Below, piece after piece: positions 7,456 to 10,511 of a stretch of DNA of 10,511 nucleotides; the first letter of the stretch is position 1; each line of letters begins with the position of its first letter. Under the pieces are notes generated by a model. The model ran no database searches and had not been told where the DNA came from. It worked only from the letters and a program-made list of their open reading frames with translations. The DNA is from Candidatus Dadabacteria bacterium. GTDB lineage: Bacteria > Desulfobacterota_D > UBA1144 > Nemesobacterales > CSP1-2. Where the stretch lies: NCBI GenBank assembly GCA_040289575.1, contig PSLL01000025.1, positions 1,203-11,713 of the forward strand, written 5' to 3'. A program made the translations under genes and the position numbers.

Positions 7456-7484
7456 ATTGTATTTTGTATTTAAGTATGTGTCAA
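7456..7484 (-). promoter_or_regulatory. Sigma70-type promoter for the minus-strand cluster
   Basis: Minus strand TTGACA (7484-7479), 17-bp spacer, TACAAT (7461-7456): 11/12 consensus bases with optimal spacing. Confidence 0.8.
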
Positions 7485-7534
7485 GGTTTCGGGTTTTATT
7501 TTTTTTACACGTCGCAGTTAAACTATTTTAGAGA

Positions 7535-8269
7535 ATGGAGGAGAAAATTCAGAGAGTAAAAGAGATTCTAACTAAAGCACAGGGCATAACCGTCCTTACC
7601 GGCGCGGGGATTTCGGCAGAAAGCGGAATCCCGACATTTCGTGGGGATGACGGTCTTTGGAAGAAATACCGTCCTGAGGATATTGATACTACCGATGCCT
7701 TCATGCGTAATCCGACATACGTGTGGCAGTGGTATGATGATCTTAGGGCGCTCATTTCAAAGACAAAGCCGAATCTCGGACATTACGCTCTTGCCGAGAT
7801 TGAGAAACTAAAGCCCAATTTCACTGTCATAACCCAGAATATAGACGACCTCCATAGGGCTGCGGGAAATACGAATATAATCGAACTGCACGGCAATATA
7901 TGGCGGGCGAGATGTATACAGTGCCCTTATGTCGAGGAAAACCGCGATGTCCCTTTGGGTGAAATACCGCCAAGATGCAGGGTCTGCGGTGCACTTCTTA
8001 GACCCGATGTTGTGTGGTTTGATGATAATATTCCGCTTCCGATAATAGATGCCTGTCTTATTTCCATAGAGTATTCCGATGTGATGCTTATTGTTGGAAC
8101 TTCCGGTTTGGTTGAACCCGCCGCATCTATGGGCTTGGTAGCCAAGCATACAGGAAAAACCGTAATTGAGATAAACCTGGAGGGGACGGTTAAATCTCAG
8201 CACTACGACATTGTCCTTCTAGGGAAATCAGGGGAGATTTTGCCGAGAATCGTTCCTAATAAAGACTAA
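7535..8269 (+). CDS. cobB: NAD-dependent protein deacylase (Sir2/CobB, class III-like), 244 aa
   Basis: Motifs TGAGISAESGIPTFRG, TQNIDDLH, ELHG, Zn site CIQC...CRVC, LRPDVVWF, VGTS and EIN. Confidence 0.95.
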   Translation: MEEKIQRVKEILTKAQGITVLTGAGISAESGIPTFRGDDGLWKKYRPEDIDTTDAFMRNPTYVWQWYDDLRALISKTKPNLGHYALAEIEKLKPNFTVITQNIDDLHRAAGNTNIIELHGNIWRARCIQCPYVEENRDVPLGEIPPRCRVCGALLRPDVVWFDDNIPLPIIDACLISIEYSDVMLIVGTSGLVEPAASMGLVAKHTGKTVIEINLEGTVKSQHYDIVLLGKSGEILPRIVPNKD

Positions 8270-8427
8270 TTAGCCACGAATGAACACGAATTTAGATGAA
8301 TAGAAGAATACAGAAAACAGGGTACAGGATACATGGACTTGAGATTTTTCCCTGTATTCTGTGTTCTGTATACTGTATCCTTCCTTTTTCATTCGTGGCT
8401 AATTATGTGTCAATTCGTGGTTAATTA
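8267..8427. repeat. Nested inverted-repeat element (MITE/REP-like; possibly also a bidirectional terminator) between convergent genes
   Basis: Perfect 18-bp IR TAATTAGCCACGAATGAA (8267-8284) / TTCATTCGTGGCTAATTA (8388-8405). A second imperfect right arm lies at 8407-8427. Inner arms are 4 heptamers each (8305-8332 and 8354-8381). Confidence 0.85.
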
Positions 8428-8435
8428 TTTTCAAC

Positions 8436-9062
8436 CTACTTTACAGGCAGTGTCAGGTGCACGTCCCTGCGGTCTAAGAATCTCCTAATTGCCTCTTTGC
8501 CATTCTCCAGAACGGACTCTCCATCTCCAACCAATACGGCGTCATAATCATATCCGAGCAATACATTGATTCCCTCTTTTGCCTTTTGAGGGTCCTTGTA
8601 GATTGTGGTCGGCAGGAGAGAAAATTCCCCTTTAGGCCATCCGATTATGGCATCTCCTATAAAGAGGATTCCCTTTCCTTGAGAGAGTAGAAGCGCCGTC
8701 TCTCCGGGAGATTTGTTGTTGGATATATTAATCGCCCTCAGATTGCCCGGCAGTATGTCGCCGTCATCGAATGTCTGATCTGGAGGCTGTTTTAGTAGAG
8801 GGGCATCGTTTTTATGAATATGGATCTTTGACCCGAACTGCTCTCTCATCTCGTAGGCCATTCGCTCATGGTCTTTGTTGGTAAGAAGAATATGGGCAGG
8901 CGTTCCGAGCTTCTGGAGCAGTTCCATGTTGGAGGCGTCCATAATAGCCGGATCAATCACAATCAGGCCGTCTTTGCTCTTGAATGCATACCCATTGAAG
9001 TTGTAGTTGTGCCTTGGAGAAAGCCAAGACCAAGTAAAAATCCCCGGCATAATCTGTCTCAT
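8436..9062 (-). CDS. MBL-fold metallo-hydrolase-like protein with degenerate metal motif, 208 aa
   Basis: MBL layout: LIVIDP, ILLTNKDHER (in place of HxHxDH), KSPGE (in place of HTPG), LFIGDA, VLVGDG (in place of PGHG). SD AGGAGG at 9070-9075. Confidence 0.8.
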   Translation of the reverse strand: MRQIMPGIFTWSWLSPRHNYNFNGYAFKSKDGLIVIDPAIMDASNMELLQKLGTPAHILLTNKDHERMAYEMREQFGSKIHIHKNDAPLLKQPPDQTFDDGDILPGNLRAINISNNKSPGETALLLSQGKGILFIGDAIIGWPKGEFSLLPTTIYKDPQKAKEGINVLLGYDYDAVLVGDGESVLENGKEAIRRFLDRRDVHLTLPVK

Positions 9063-9116
9063 ATAAAAACCTCCTGATATTTTCCATTAAATGGATTTGA
9101 TACCCATTGTTGCTAT

Positions 9117-9539
9117 TTATTGTCTAACCTCAAGTGTGCCTTCCATTCCCTTTTTTCTGTGATTTGCAAATATGCTCTTTTTATCACAGTAGAATTGATA
9201 TACCCCGGTCTTTGTGGGAGTAAAGCTGACCTTAACCTCTTTCCCTGGAGATATGTTCTCATCCACATTCAATCTTGCTTCTGTGCCCTTGAGCGTGAAA
9301 TTGTGGGGAACAATCTTTGAGACGCTCTTTAATGTGATCTCTACGGGTTTATTTACACTTACTATTATATGGTTGGGGCTAAAAGAGTAGCTGTCTACCT
9401 TAACTTCTAATCTCTGAACTCCGTCGGATGAGGGTTGAACTACAACAGGCTCAGATTCTTTGCTGGCTCCAAAGGCTAAAAGTACAGACAAAAATGCAAG
9501 AATAAATGAGATAATTAAAAAGTTGAATTTGTATTTCAT
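9117..9539 (-). CDS. Exported cupredoxin-domain protein (type-1 copper site), 140 aa
   Basis: Signal peptide; motifs YSFSPNHIIV, PHNF and GVYQFYC-x8-H-x4-MEG. SD AGGAGGA at 9548-9554. Confidence 0.88.
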   Translation of the reverse strand: MKYKFNFLIISFILAFLSVLLAFGASKESEPVVVQPSSDGVQRLEVKVDSYSFSPNHIIVSVNKPVEITLKSVSKIVPHNFTLKGTEARLNVDENISPGKEVKVSFTPTKTGVYQFYCDKKSIFANHRKKGMEGTLEVRQ

Positions 9540-9628
9540 AACGCCATTCCTCCTGATGAGTCCGTTTTATCTATAATCTTAGCATATAATGGATGGGGTT
9601 TCCTATCAAAGGTTCTATTGGACTTGAA

Positions 9629-9658
9629 GTGGGTGCAGGTTTCAAACTAGCCATCTAC
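9629..9658. repeat. Degenerate GTAG-type REP-like palindrome
   Basis: GTGGGTGCAGGTTTCAAACTAGCCATCTAC: outer arms GTGGGTG/CATCTAC pair with 2 G:T, and the core is GTTT-C-AAAC. The minus strand begins GTAG. Confidence 0.45.
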
Positions 9659-9757
9659 AGAAAAAGTTTATTCCAACCGTATTCTGTGGTAATTTTTATA
9701 TTGTATTATTTCGAACGCAGTACCGCGAGAAATAGGAATAAAAGGAAAGCTTTAAAT

Positions 9758-10225
9758 ATGAATCTCAGAGAAAGAATATCATTGGACTTAAAAAACGCGC
9801 TGAGAGGCAGAAGAATAATTGATCTTTCTGTGCTTCGGATGCTCCAGTCTGCAATCAGAAATAGGGAGATTGAGAAAAAGAAGGGCGATGCCGGGCTTAC
9901 GGATGAAGAGGTTATTGAGGTAGTAACAAGTGAGATTAAAAAACGGAAAGAGGCAATAGAAGGGTATATGAAGGGTCAAAGACAGGACTTGGTGGATAAA
10001 GAAAAGGCAGAGCTAGAGGTTCTTATGAATTATATGCCAAGTCAGATGGGAGAGGCGGAGATTCGAAAAGAGGCGAAAAAGGCGATTGAAGAGGCCGGGG
10101 CAAAAATCCCACAGGATATGGGAAGAGTGATGAAAATCCTTATGCCGCGTATGAAGGGGAAAGCCGATGGGGCTTTGGTCAATAGGATTGTAAAAGAGGA
10201 ATTGGAAAAGATGCTAAATTCATAA
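9758..10225 (+). CDS. yqeY: GatB/YqeY domain protein, 155 aa
   Basis: MNLRERISLDLKNALR...LRML.SAI...EIKKRKEAIE.Y....R.DL...E..E..VL..YMP.Q...DMGRVM......GKADG. The family N-terminus begins at ATG 9758, with AAAGGA upstream; the track's extension to 9593 is unlikely. Confidence 0.92.
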   Translation: MNLRERISLDLKNALRGRRIIDLSVLRMLQSAIRNREIEKKKGDAGLTDEEVIEVVTSEIKKRKEAIEGYMKGQRQDLVDKEKAELEVLMNYMPSQMGEAEIRKEAKKAIEEAGAKIPQDMGRVMKILMPRMKGKADGALVNRIVKEELEKMLNS

Positions 10226-10238
10226 TCGGAGGGGAGAG

Positions 10239-10511
10239 ATGAAAAAGATAATTACGGCATTAGGCTTGATATTTTTTATTCTCTACCCTTTTTCCAAATC
10301 CAAGGCGGAGCTTAAGATAGGCGATACCGCTCCTGAATTTAAGGCAACAGACCTTGACGGTAAGACTGTAGATTTAAACAGCTTGAGAGGCAAATGGGTA
10401 GTGCTTTATTTTTATCCCAAAGACGATACGCCCGGATGCACAATTGAGGCTAAGCAGTTTACAAGGTTGTATGAGGACTTTTTAAATGCTAATGCCCTGG
10501 TTTATGGCATA
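10239..10511 (+). CDS. bcp: Peroxiredoxin BCP/PrxQ family with signal peptide, 3'-truncated by the window edge
   Basis: Not in the ORF track. Manual translation: MKKIITALGLIFFILYPFSKSKAELKIGDTAPEFKATDLDGKTVDLNSLRGKWVVLYFYPKDDTPGCTIEAKQF... Contains the YFYPKDDTPGC peroxidatic motif; SD GGAGG upstream. Confidence 0.92.
   Translation, partial: MKKIITALGLIFFILYPFSKSKAELKIGDTAPEFKATDLDGKTVDLNSLRGKWVVLYFYPKDDTPGCTIEAKQFTRLYEDFLNANALVYGI

Noticed and set aside
7443..7479. NikR operator (TCATAC and GTATGT half-sites)
   Set aside because: Order and spacing do not match GTATGA-N16-TCATAC; no RcnR/CsoR-type G-tract either.
8267..8427. Possible CRISPR mini-array
   Set aside because: Repeats are inverted or 7-bp tandem units with no regular repeat-spacer period, and there are no cas genes in the window.
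9572..9590. Two TATAAT hexamers on + as the yqeY promoter
   Set aside because: No matching -35 at proper spacing and ~170 nt from the start; cannot be supported from sequence alone.
9593..9757. 55-codon N-terminal extension of yqeY in the ORF track
   Set aside because: YqeY similarity starts at ATG 9758, which has its own SD; the extension crosses an AT-rich divergent intergenic region and a palindrome.
7549..9979. Short ORFs opposite cobB, MBL, cupredoxin and yqeY
   Set aside because: Antisense shadows with no motifs.

Overview
Bacterial chromosomal window, mostly about 40-45% GC by hand count. Left to right: the 3' part of a GC-richer MarC-family gene (+); an unannotated, decayed BON-domain (OsmY-like) gene (-); a PPi-dependent phosphofructokinase (-); then a minus-strand cluster behind a near-consensus sigma70 promoter, read as small membrane protein -> secreted DUF4331 protein -> TPR lipoprotein -> His-rich RcnA/NiCoT-family metal transporter. 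Next come a divergently transcribed CobB sirtuin (+), a ~160-bp nested inverted-repeat element, a degenerate MBL-fold gene and a cupredoxin (-), YqeY (+) and the 5' part of an exported BCP/PrxQ peroxiredoxin (+). The most interesting hypothesis is that the DUF4331/TPR/transporter cluster is a Ni/Co/Cu export-and-loading system for a surface-anchored metalloprotein. Predicted signal cleavage exposes an ATCUN-type Ala-Asn-His terminus on DUF4331 and a His-1 terminus on the transporter's exported domain, and DUF4331 ends in a Gly-Gly-Cys/TM/basic sorting tail. All family calls come from motif recognition by eye; no searches were run.
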